A DNA stretch of 63,922 bases, counting the filler, from Globobulimina sp. (taxonomy: Eukaryota), in assembly GCA_003354225.1 (NCBI GenBank). It is 22 parts of 22 records of this genome, joined end to end, with 100 filler letters (N's around TTAATTAATTAA, not from the genome) between each part and the next. Parts side by side here need not be neighbours in the genome. Positions count along the whole stretch, not along the records: positions 34,939 to 37,747 come from PIVH01004787.1; positions 37,848 to 40,656 come from PIVH01004788.1; positions 40,757 to 43,565 come from PIVH01004789.1; positions 43,666 to 46,474 come from PIVH01004790.1; positions 46,575 to 49,382 come from PIVH01004791.1; 17 more parts are not named here. One strand, written 5' to 3'. The notes beneath the pieces are model-generated. The model was given only the letters and a program-made list of their open reading frames with translations, was not told where the DNA came from and made no database searches. Shown here in pieces: positions 35,464 through 46,936 of this stretch. The position numbers and the translations under genes are program-made. Within the stretch, counting starts at the first letter, position 1, and each line of letters opens with the position of its first letter.

Positions 35464-37557
35464 TCAGAAATCAGTGGCCCAAACAAATTCATTTACAATG
35501 GATGGCATACACTGTATAATAAAATAAAAGGGAGCTACCACAATCAACAAATTTGGTGAAAACAAAGAAAAAAAGATTCCAGTTTGATAGATCCAATTGT
35601 ACACAAACGATAAATATATAGATATAAAAAACCATAAATTAAAAACCTCGCTATGTACAGATATCTTAGCATCGTTTTGTATATTTACGTGTTCCCAAAT
35701 ATGTTTCAACAGTCCAATGGTCCATGGAACGGTTACAACCATCCAATAAAAAAAGGTAACATCCATCACATTATTATACCAAAACACAATCGACAACAAA
35801 TATGCCAACACAATTTCCACGCAGTATAATAATTTTATATTCACTGTTTTATAAACAGATAAATTGCGCAGTAACATGGATGAATGCGTTATAAACCAAG
35901 ATATTAATATTATATTAAATAATCCATACGGAAATATGTAAAACAACTTATTAAACCAATACAGTGTATCATCCATCTCCTCATTCAACGGCAATTCCTG
36001 TCGAACTGCTTCCGTTTCTGTTTCATTTTGGGGCTGCTCTGTTATTTGTACCTGCTGCTGCTGCACAGTCTCATTTTCATCCAAAGCATATGTGATATCC
36101 AACATATTCCAGAAATCATTAAATATCACAGTAATTATATAATAAATCACATTAAAAATGTACACCAGCCAACTTTGTGGTGTTTCTGTGTCATTTATTA
36201 CTGTGTCTGCAGCAACAACCTCTTCCACAATGACATCATGTACAAATACATCAGTCATAGCTTCATCAGGTTGCAATGTCAACGTTTGCATCTCTGGTAA
36301 CTGCAAATAATACGCAAACAAAGGCAATCCGCAATTTAATAACAAACAGACCCAAATCTCATCAAAATTCCTTTGTTTTGCGTATATCGGACCATGTTTA
36401 TACTTATAGGACAACAATATGGCCATAATTAATATAAACGACACCGTTGTATTAAAATAGTAAGAGATCCAAAACAATGATAAATATATCAATACCACTG
36501 ATAAAACCGTTGCAATTATAAACTCATTTCCATATTTTTTCCCTGTACCGGATGAAATATTGAAGCAATATCCAATTATCATCACTATAAACACCAAGAA
36601 AATACCAAATAAATATGAAAATATGCTCACATTTGCATTGCTATCCACACAAAAATACAAAACACCGCAGGAATATAACACAGCGGAGGAAGTTACTAAA
36701 CTGACCGCCTTGGGGTTGGACGTTAATTTCATAGCCATTTCGAGTGCATATCCCATGGAATAATCCATATTTCGATACAGTCTCTGTTCAATACTCGGTC
36801 TCCGTTTATTCTTTCTGGATCGACTCCAATTTGTAGCGGTGTCATGCTTCAATTTATTATAAAAATCGCTATCTGCCTCCTTTACATTGGCATGCGATTT
36901 GTCATAGATTACATTTTGTATCATGCATTCCACCAATTTCATATTATTTGCATGTATTCCTGATAGCATCGCAAGTGGCTTATCATCAGAACTATATTTA
37001 TCATTATAATATGTGTTGACAGCATGGAAGTTGTCGTCATTTATATCTATGTTTAGCAACGATTCCAAGTGTTGTAATCTGGACTGTAATTCTAAAAAAT
37101 ACGCCAGTGTGGTGGTGGATGTATCATTTTCGTGGTCATTGTCAGGTAGCAATGATGATATATGGTCTGTGTTACTCGTATTAGGGTTATTTGTGTCGGC
37201 TTTGGTGATAATATGGGTGGGATTGATAGTGTTAATGTCTTCGTATTCTTTTTTTTCATCTTCATCGTATGTAGGCACGTGGGTTAATGGCTGGTTGTAA
37301 CCTGAATTTAGTGGCTGTTTGGTGTGAGATTGCTTTATTTTTGATGGAGCAAATGGCATTCCATTGGCACTTATCGTGTTATTGATAGCTTTGGATGTGG
37401 TGATCGTGTTTTGTTTTGGTGGTGGTGATTTTTTGGGTCTTGATGGTGGAGCATATAGCTGGATATTTATATGGTGTTTACGGTATAAACTCAATGGTTT
37501 TATTTTAGTTGTTATGATGCTAAACTTCATAAAGGTTGTCTGCTGCGCCGGCAACAA
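35464..37557 (-). CDS. Multi-pass membrane protein, possibly a divergent UbiA/MenA-family member
   Basis: Soluble N-terminus followed by about 8 TM segments. YKYKHGPIYAKQRNFDEIWV...LFAYYLQ resembles the MenA/UBIAD1 YxxxP...GE...YYxQ region. Confidence 0.45.
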   Translation of the reverse strand: MLPAQQTTFMKFSIITTKIKPLSLYRKHHINIQLYAPPSRPKKSPPPKQNTITTSKAINNTISANGMPFAPSKIKQSHTKQPLNSGYNQPLTHVPTYDEDEKKEYEDINTINPTHIITKADTNNPNTSNTDHISSLLPDNDHENDTSTTTLAYFLELQSRLQHLESLLNIDINDDNFHAVNTYYNDKYSSDDKPLAMLSGIHANNMKLVECMIQNVIYDKSHANVKEADSDFYNKLKHDTATNWSRSRKNKRRPSIEQRLYRNMDYSMGYALEMAMKLTSNPKAVSLVTSSAVLYSCGVLYFCVDSNANVSIFSYLFGIFLVFIVMIIGYCFNISSGTGKKYGNEFIIATVLSVVLIYLSLFWISYYFNTTVSFILIMAILLSYKYKHGPIYAKQRNFDEIWVCLLLNCGLPLFAYYLQLPEMQTLTLQPDEAMTDVFVHDVIVEEVVAADTVINDTETPQSWLVYIFNVIYYIITVIFNDFWNMLDITYALDENETVQQQQVQITEQPQNETETEAVRQELPLNEEMDDTLYWFNKLFYIFPYGLFNIILISWFITHSSMLLRNLSVYKTVNIKLLYCVEIVLAYLLSIVFWYNNVMDVTFFYWMVVTVPWTIGLLKHIWEHVNIQNDAKISVHSEVFNLWFFISIYLSFVYNWIYQTGIFFSLFSPNLLIVVAPFYFIIQCMPSIVNEFVWATDF

Positions 37558-37848
37558 TAACTATAAACACACAGATGAATAACACGGATACTATGTATTC
37601 TGTTAGTGGCATGAAGGACAAATATCTTAGTATAAAGTTTTTGAGTACTAGTAATTGATAATTATTAATAAATGTATAAAATACTATTATATGAAACAAA
37701 GAAGAAATAATTAATAAAAAGAAAATAGGTCAAAAAAAAACCTAATTNNNNNNNNNNNNNNNNNNNNNNNNNNNNNNNNNNNNNNNNNNNNTTAATTAAT
37801 TAANNNNNNNNNNNNNNNNNNNNNNNNNNNNNNNNNNNNNNNNNNNNC

Positions 37849-37908
37849 ATGCTCATCATCCACGAAGTGATGGGCCGCAGCTGCGGATGGCTCACGGCAT
37901 ACACTGCG
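37849..37908 (+). other. 60-nt fragment of a PPi-dependent phosphofructokinase gene at the contig start
   Basis: GC-rich and translates as MLIIHEVMGRSCGWLTAYTA, containing the PFK E-x-MGR motif. Confidence 0.7.
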
Positions 37909-38257
37909 CATGTATACAATGACTATCTGCAATGGGTAACGTCTGGATTCCGTAATAATACGTAATAATCATTAAAAAATAACAAAAACCACGAAACCAT
38001 ATATTTATTATATATGGTTTATTACCATACCATTTTTTCAGTGCAAAATCATTATTTTTACTTTTGTTTTTTAATTTAAGTATCAACCACCACAGTATAG
38101 CACAAATTAATTGAATTAAAAAGCGCGCAAATAATATTTGTGTTGCCACCAAACTGCAATATTTTGCAAGTGAATCATTAGTGGTAAACAATAATTGTGC
38201 AATTGCAATACATATACTCCCAATAATAATTTTCTTAGATTTGCTTCTGTTCTCCAT
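37900..38257 (-). CDS. EamA/DMT-family transporter, N-terminal part cut by the PFK fragment
   Basis: NDSLAKY...QILFARF...RGFC...YYYGIQTLPIADS follows the DMT pattern. Confidence 0.75.
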
Positions 38258-38368
38258 CTCGAGTCACACTTAAAAACTTTTTCTTTTTGTGATATATTAG
38301 TACTTTTATTTTAGATACTTGTTGTGATTGGTCATTGGTGTCAATGGAACCACCATCTTTTGATGAAT

Positions 38369-39773
38369 CTATTCAATCGTACAAGTACTCTGTCTTAGTC
38401 TCAAGTGCTTTAAATCATCTTGAAAGATGTCAATCAAATTCCAAAACTTGTGTTTAGCACTTTTATCCTTAAAACCTGCTAAATCATTACTACCCATTTT
38501 TAATATATTAATCATTTGTTGTCTTATACACCATCTGCTGACATATAACTTATTATCATTATAAAAGTCAATGCCTTTTCTATTTTTGACATTTCTGAAC
38601 AATCTCATTTCAATATTTAATTTCAATAAATCATTACACATTAACTTAGAATTATTATTTGCAATTTTATTACAATAAAAATGTACAAAACTATGAAATA
38701 TAATACTTACTATCTCATACTTCTTACTGTATATTGCAAATTCACTAAATCTATGCATGCATTCTGTACTATAATTGTCCAGACCATGTTCCATATTATA
38801 TTTCCTCCGGAATTCCAATCTTTTTTGTAATGTATTCATGTAATACCATGTCGTCGGAGGACATGTATGCGCCACACACTTAAAAATAGCATCAGAGTTC
38901 AACCAAAAATACGCATCATCTTCAAATATGTCACCAAAATCAATCACGTACAACTTTGCATTATCTCTATGTATTAATATATTCCCTTCATGAAAATCAT
39001 TATGATACACATGCAATTCCTTCGTTTTATTCATTACAAGCATGATATCATTATATCCATTCAATAAAAACCTCAATATATTACCATGAATATCAACAAT
39101 TCCATCATAAATATCATCGCCATATTGAGTGAGTGACTCCATCTCATCCCATTCTATCGCATTATTTAATTGTTGAATAAATATAAAACAACGAAACTTT
39201 CTCTTTTCATGTTTGGCATCTTTCTTAATGTAAAAATATGGTCGGTGCAGTGGGTGAAGCCATGGTATATTCAATGAGATATTGCTGTGAATAGCATATG
39301 ATCTGAGCTTGAAAAGAAAATTATATTCACCGCGTACTGCCGTTGTACTGCCATAGTTAAACTGCACAAGCATTGGAATTGTTCATTTGACAAACATTTA
39401 CGTTCAGAGACATCGCGATCGCACAAACCTTCATTGCATAATATTTGCCATCATCAAATTTAACGGAATAAACTATGGCCACAGCGCCTCTGCCTAACTC
39501 TTTTATGATTGTAAACGATGAGTTTAATGGCAGGTAACATGTTGTATTGAATATCATTGCTGTTATGCATGCTCGATATTGTTTTGCTAAATCGCCTGGA
39601 ATTGGGGGATGGACAGAGGCCAACTGTACAATTTGAATTTCATCCGGTTGTTTTGTTTCTTGATCATACAGAAACGAATTGATATGGATGATAATAATTA
39701 CGCTAACGCCCACTACCAATACAGTAATGGTTCGGAGACACACAGCAAACCTACGACTGCGAGTTAGTGTCAT
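38369..39773 (-). CDS. Protein-kinase-like protein with an N-terminal signal anchor (intron 39362-39428)
   Basis: TM segment ITVLVVGVSVIIIIHI, then LGRGAVAIVY, YAMK, HNDFHEGNIL and VIDFG. Confidence 0.75.
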
Positions 39774-39800
39774 GCTTTGAACACGCAAAAAGTTTTTAAA

Positions 39801-40656
39801 TTATAAAATATGACAAGATTTAATTTGTTTCAGTTTGTGCTCTATGCTGTTCTTTTTGCCTTGGTTTAAGTGTTTCTGTTCATTACGTATCGATTCTCCG
39901 TTAAACACCTTAACAAACATTATAGTGCTATCTGGCAAAATCGTTTCTAATGTACCGGTATATGGTTTATCATCAACTCTTATTTCTAATGGGCCGTTAT
40001 CCAAAATATCTCTATCTTTTTTACTGTCCCAATTTTATCTTTTATTAACTCTTTATTCCCGCTCATTCCATTCAAATATATATGTTGATGATACTGGGTA
40101 ATCGCTGTCGGTATTTTATTTCTCAAAAACATTCTAAACTCCCATAACGTGTCAATATTATGATTCCATTCCCTAACAATAACATATAACTCGAGATTCT
40201 GTTCATTTTGCTGTAACATCGCCATGTTGATATCAACGAACGTTCGATAACTTCTACAAAATAGTTCAACACTTTCACTCCCATTATAAACACGTAACGC
40301 ATTCATAGCTGATCTGTAAAATGAATGTATGATATCCATATTATCAATTTCTTTTTTTTCATCCCTTTGTTTCATCAGTTCGTGCTTCAATAATTTAAAC
40401 ATTGCAATTGATTCCAATGCGGAGTCTTTCGGAGATCTGGTTGATAATCTCACAAAAATGCCGTTGTCTTTGCAATTCATAGCATTTATAATGGTGTCAA
40501 TATTGGTTGCCAGCTCAGTTAATGAATCAAGATCGTTTTGGTCTATTCTTGCCTTTTCCCAATGAAATCGCTCTCCGTATTCATAGTTATTTTTACTATC
40601 GGTATTATTCAGATCGTTTTCAAGTGTTTTCATTGAATTTATCAATATGTTTATAT
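39801..40656 (-). pseudogene. Cdc123/D123-like ATP-grasp protein with an apparent internal deletion
   Basis: FVRLSTRSPKD, VIVREW and EFRMF...TAITQY. The frame jumps near 40031 directly to WDSKKDRDILDNGPLEIR. Confidence 0.7.
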
Positions 40657-40756
40657 NNNNNNNNNNNNNNNNNNNNNNNNNNNNNNNNNNNNNNNNNNNN
40701 TTAATTAATTAANNNNNNNNNNNNNNNNNNNNNNNNNNNNNNNNNNNNNNNNNNNN

Positions 40757-40958
40757 CGTCGTCATCATCTGTTAGGCCCAAATCGCCAATGCCATCTTCT
40801 TCATCAAAGTCCATTCCTTCATCTACATCATCATCACCGTAATCTACGTTATCTGCCCAATCATTCGTGTTGTTATTGTTGTTATTGTTGTCGGCATCAT
40901 TATCACCGTAATCTACGTTTTTTGCCAATTCAGTGTCGACCAAATCCACGGTCGACAT
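40757..40958 (-). CDS. Acidic low-complexity N-terminus of an unknown protein (truncated)
   Basis: Asp/Asn-rich ORF with a duplicated NVDYGD motif, running into the spacer. Confidence 0.5.
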
Positions 40959-41382
40959 GCTTTATGGCAAAGTTTTTTTCGCTGTTTTCTGTCTTTTCTT
41001 TGCATCTTTCTCTTGTGTCATCCCGAAACTTCGCAACCTCCCAAACCAAAGGTTGTATTGCTGCACAACAAACGCGTTTGTTCCACAACCCGATTTTTCA
41101 GGGCGTATTTATTGTACGCCTTTATCCCCAATTTCTAACACAATAATCCGAACCAATAACAACAAAAAATCAACATCTCGCAAACCACATTATTCCAATC
41201 CAATCCACCAACCCCCAACAAAGCATGGCTCATCTACACATCCCAATGTTTGGTCAGCTGAAGCACTAATAAATAATCAAACAGCTTCAATCAAAGTTGA
41301 CCAAACTCAAACAACCTCGCAGCAAACAACCAAACCGATCTCCAATTTACCACCTTTTGCGTCCAAAACCAAACAATCGCCA

Positions 41383-43431
41383 ATGTTTAATAATAATAAC
41401 AATGCCAATACCAATACCAATTCAATGTGGGATTGTCCATCATGTACATTGACCAATGAATCGCATATTATTCTCTGCATATTATGTTCCACTCAGCGAC
41501 CATCTCACACATTGCAATTGGATTATTATCACACACCGAGCCCAATTACACACGGTATGACACTCTGACTATGACATCACTCCATACGTATAATATATAT
41601 ATCAATGTAAATAGAATTAAATTCAAATTCAATGGCACATACTCCGCGACATACGAAATGGAAAAGGGTATCATCCGCATCCTCGTATCTGCAGTTTGAA
41701 TATAAGCATCATAACGAGAGGCATGTTGAGAATGAGAACCAGAATCAGTTAGATGGTGATTTAGATTTTGGTGGCTATGTAGATGGTGATTTAGATATCG
41801 ATACAATTATCAATGGTGATATGAGCCATTCGAGCAGCAAAAATATAAAACAAATCAATAAAAAATGCAATCTAAAATTATTAGCATCGAATAAGAATAA
41901 TAATAATCATTTTATGTCCATGCAACATCGTAAATACATGCACAGGAAGAAGAAATATAGCATTACGGATATATTTGCAAGTAATAGCTCCTTTACATTG
42001 GATTATGAATATGGAGAGAATGATATTTGTAATCTAATACTAAACAATTCAACTCAAACACAGACAAAGTTGAAATTTTTAAAGTCAATCTGGCCGAATA
42101 TATTAAGGGTAACAACGCGTGTTTTGAATGGCTCAAAGTTTCGATGTCCGATCTGCTTAAACGAAGATATTTATATTGGGAGGATTACGAAATGTGGGCA
42201 TTGTTTTTGTGGGATGTGTTTAATACATCATCTAAATCAAAATGATGATATAAATGAGGTATGTTTGACGCGCAAGTTTGCGAATTTGCGTGTTAATAAA
42301 TGCAAAACCGACAATGGTTATAATTTTCGAGATTTATTTGGAAATTGTCCATTGTGTAACGACTATGTATCGTTTGAAGAGTGTCGGCCATTGACAGTGC
42401 TGCGGTCCATCGATTATAAAGTCGGCGATCTGATCGATATTCAGTTAATAGAAAGAAGAAAAGGGCAGCAACCACAATTTCCAGTACATTGTAATATTAA
42501 TAACAATTTAAATGATTTAAATATTTCAACATTTCGGAAGTTTGAAGCTGAGAAAAATGAGCTATCCAAATGTGATCATGAATTGAATGACATTAATAAT
42601 TATATGAAATCATCCGATCCTATTTATGAAGCCCCATATTTGCAATTATTATCCATTCAAATTCGACAGTATAAAGCCTATATTTTAAAACAAAGACAAG
42701 AATATAGAATTAATGAAGAAAATTATTATGAAATTAACGTATCACCAACACCGCTGTTAGTAACACATAATGATAACAACTGTAATAGATATAGGAAAAA
42801 AAAATATGTCTATCAATCCAGTGATGGACAGTTAATATTTTTGCATCCGCACAATTATAATATGTTAAAACATGAAATTAATTATAATTTTGCTCGATTA
42901 CCGAGCCTTTTAGCAAGCTGTAAAATATTGCAAATCGATCGACATATTCAATCGTATGATTTACGGCGGAAATATCCATTTTTAGCGTTCATTCCCGTTG
43001 ATATTTCGTTTAGTTTTATTGAAGTCGATTTGTCATTGAATAATATGGTCAGTAAAGGTACACTAAAATATTTCGAGAAGCAATCATTAGATCGCAAATC
43101 ATTTCGTGCTGAAAAAGAGAAATTAATCGAAAAAGAATTAAAACAGAACGAAATTGTGGAACAACAAAGGATTGCGGAACGAAAACAAAAATATGCAACG
43201 CCAGATGTTAATGATTACGGTGAATTTCCATCGTTATCTAATGATAATGATACTCATTCTCATTCTCATTCAAATAGTGACAATCAAAGTGATCATTTGC
43301 CTTCAAAGAAATCAGCAGCACAGAAATCATGGTCGCAAATTACTGTCTGTGTCAATCATAGTGATGGTCATAAAAAGAAACGACGGAGAGGGCGGAAGAA
43401 AAGAAAAAGAAAAAATAAAGAGAAAGATTAA
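41383..43431 (+). CDS. RNF10: RNF10/Mag2-like RING E3 ligase with an N-terminal RanBP2-type zinc finger (intron 41555-41614; start uncertain)
   Basis: WDCPSCTLTN...CILC, RING CPICL...RITKCGHCFCGMCL...CPLC, and RNF10 motifs YQSSDGQLIFLHP and LRRKYPFLAFIP. Confidence 0.8.
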
Positions 43432-43665
43432 TTGTATTACTTTTCTTTGTATAACATATCATATGTATCGCAGTGAAAAAGTTACTCTGTTTTTACTTTT
43501 TATGGTAGTAACAAGTATGAGTTGCATTTTTGCTGTGATGCTTTGCTTATTGTTTGTTGTATTTTNNNNNNNNNNNNNNNNNNNNNNNNNNNNNNNNNNN
43601 NNNNNNNNNTTAATTAATTAANNNNNNNNNNNNNNNNNNNNNNNNNNNNNNNNNNNNNNNNNNNN

Positions 43666-46474
43666 AGTAACAAAGCACATTATTATACTCGTTACTGTTA
43701 CAGTTGTGGCAGCTAACTTGTGTTGTGCTATATTGTGTAACGTGCAAAAACGGACCCTTCACAGGTTCAGTAGCTATTGATCAATCACTCGGTACGAAAA
43801 GGCATAATATGGGAGACAAATCGTCAGATAAATTATCGTCGTCGCGTCCAAACACTCGTGCAAAGACAGCAGCTAATGCGAGTATGTCTAAAATCGGGAA
43901 TAATTCGACTCCAGCGTTACCAAATGCGTCAAAAAGTAAACGGGCGAACAAAGTAGCCGAAAAACGTGATTTAGAAAAAGAAACGCAAAATTCTTCGCGT
44001 TCGGTTGACGATCAGGCATCCAACAGTGAACATGTGTTGCCACAAAATGGTATTAATAGTCCAGATGATGTACTATTAACCCCATTGCTTTCGACGGAAA
44101 ATGATTCGACCACAACGACACCAAAAGGGGATGGATTGATTAAGGAAGTAGATAATACGGTTGTTGACGTTTCCCCCCCCTTTCAGACATGCAAAAAACC
44201 GGACGAACTGTCGAATCGTGTGCAAACAACTGAGTCGATCGAAAAGGACCCAATTTCTATTTTACAATCGCCATTAGGGGGTCCAGGCAAACCCAAAGCC
44301 ACATCGTCTAAAATGAGTTTTGCGAATCCATTTTCGGGTTTATTTGGCCGTGCGTCATCGCGTAGTCAGTCGGCAAATCAAAATGTACAGGATACACCGA
44401 CCAAATTACAAGTCGATGACGAAGTCGACCGTTTGCGGGACGAAAATGCGAAGTTAAAATTGGCAAATGCCCAAAATCGAACAGATTTAGAGAACACCAA
44501 ATTGGGTAAAAACGATCTCGAGAGTATGTATCAAGGTTTATTGGATGGAAAAGACGCAAAAATCGGGGAATTACGTAAACAAAAAAACGTAGCAGTGTCA
44601 AAAGTCGATAAATTGACACGGAATCAAACGGTATTATTGGGTAATCAAACGATCTTGACCGAAACGAACAGAGAAATTGAAGCCCGCATTATACAAATTG
44701 AGTGGGAAAATGCACAACGATCACAATCTAAAGCTGATAGCATTAATAAACATTCAAAATCTTCTTTTCAGAAAAATTCAAAAATTCATTCATCAACCCA
44801 AGATCCAAATCCAACGGGTAAGAAGGATGTTATTATTGACAATCAGCCATTGAAGCCTCAATGTCAAAGTGGGCCAATTAAAATCGGTCAAAATGTTTCG
44901 AAAGATACCCAGTATTCATCCACATCGATTTGCACTATTCCACCGATTCCTCAACCACCTTTGGTAAAGGATACAGGTAAATTGGGGGCAAAATCATTCT
45001 ACATAGATCAGATCACTTCCCCCCCCGTCATACCCCCTTTAGATCGCCAATTTACTGCGCATAGACAGACTAAAAGTGTGAGTCAACACAGTCAACAAAT
45101 TCCCATTGTTTTGGACGGTTATAATCAGCCATTGCCAGTTACTGCACAACAAGTAGGTAATAATGCGCAGGGAAACCGTAGCACTGCGTCAAATCGACAC
45201 GGTCATGTGCAAACGACAAAATGCCACTCGCGTAGCCCAACCGAATCGCCTAAAAAAGCAAAATCGTATCTTGAGCGTGAACAACGACATCGAAAGGGTA
45301 ACCCACCCGATCCATCCGAACCATCTGAGTCATCCGATGCGAAAAGTGACCATCGCGGATTTCGTGGTGACAGCCGTCGTGACCATACTGATTTTAACGA
45401 CAAAAAGCCGCGAAAACAAACGCCGTATCCGGGGGAAACTGTCGACAATACTATTTATGTCAAAAGTTCGCGTTTACGATTCGATGGTCGATGCGTAGAA
45501 CCAAGCATGGTATTTAATGGGTTACAGGGCGAAAATTTGGAAGCTTGGATCGAAGGAGCACGTATTGTATGTAAATTGCAGGGCGACCGTAAATATTTTG
45601 AAGAATATTTATTTCTTTTTTTGGGGGGAGCGCCAAGAGAATTATATAAGCAATTACATTCACAAATGGGCGAAAGTTTCCAACCTCGAATGGTTCTGCG
45701 TGCTTTACGGAAACGGTATGGTAACGCATCGTGCGATCGTGGTGCTTTGGCTGACGCTTATGACAATTTACAACAAGGTAACCGATCACTTTTTGAATTT
45801 CTTAATGTGTTTCAAGTTTATTTCGATCGTGCTTACCCACCAAGTGAGTTCATGTTCAACCGAGATGAACGGATGTGTCGGGAATTTCAGCGAAAAATAA
45901 ATCGCGAAGAAATCAAAACGATACAAACGTTTTTGTCGGGTATGGACGAACCAGACTGGGATCGTATGGCGCGTCGTATTGCTAATACTGTGCAAATAAA
46001 TCCAGAAAATCAACCCGTAGCGCCAAGGCGAACTGTGGGGATTCATGCCGTCGTTGAGGACTCAATAGAATATCATTCGGCAAATAGTAATTCGTACACC
46101 CTTTTTCCAACAAAGGTAGGCGCAGCTAGATCCAACGATCGGGGAGCACACTTTGAAGTTGAACAGGCAACTCGTAATTTGGCTTTGCGTACAGACAAAG
46201 AGTTGGATGTTATTGAGTCTGAGGAAGCCAAAAAGATTATTAAATTTATTCAGGACAATGCACGAGCGGGACATCCAGTCACACTTCAAGACATGACAAC
46301 TCGCTTGAAGCCATTAAGTAAATGCGACGTGTACACAGTTATTTCCTATTGTTTAGACGGTAGTTTGGGCAATGCAGCTAGACATACGGGTATGCAAGTT
46401 ATGCCGAATTTTCCAAAAATTTTTGACAAAGATATTTGCGAAATTGAGAAAAAACGGGTTTTGAAAATCGCTTT
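43666..46474 (+). mobile_element. Ty3/gypsy-like LTR retrotransposon 5' part: long gag-like ORF with a possible primer-binding site
   Basis: Intronless ORF of about 900 aa with gag capsid-like FNG...LEAWIE...LGGAPRELY...LRKRYG...LQQGNRSLFEF. TTACA-gttg-TGGCAGC at 43698-43713 may be an LTR end plus PBS. Confidence 0.65.
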
Positions 46475-46936
46475 NNNNNNNNNNNNNNNNNNNNNNNNNN
46501 NNNNNNNNNNNNNNNNNNTTAATTAATTAANNNNNNNNNNNNNNNNNNNNNNNNNNNNNNNNNNNNNNNNNNNNGATATGGATTGGAAAAATAAATAAAA
46601 TGCACAAAGCAGGTGCAAAATCCAAAAATCATAATGCAATGCTTTTCGTGGTACAATGCCACAAAATCCCCATTAAAAAATCATTTTTGTGTTTTTTTTT
46701 TTAGACAGGGGGGGAAATACTTTGAGTTTGAAATTTAAATAATTATTGGTAATGAACAATTTGTGAGATGGTCAACAACTGCATACATCCTTTTCACGTT
46801 GATAAATTGCCTAAGCAATATAGGACGATCCACAGTCTTAAGCCGACCAAAACACACACACAAAATAACAAAAAATAAACAACATCATAACCAAACAACA
46901 TCTAACAAATAACTTCAATCAAAACTGACTATCACT

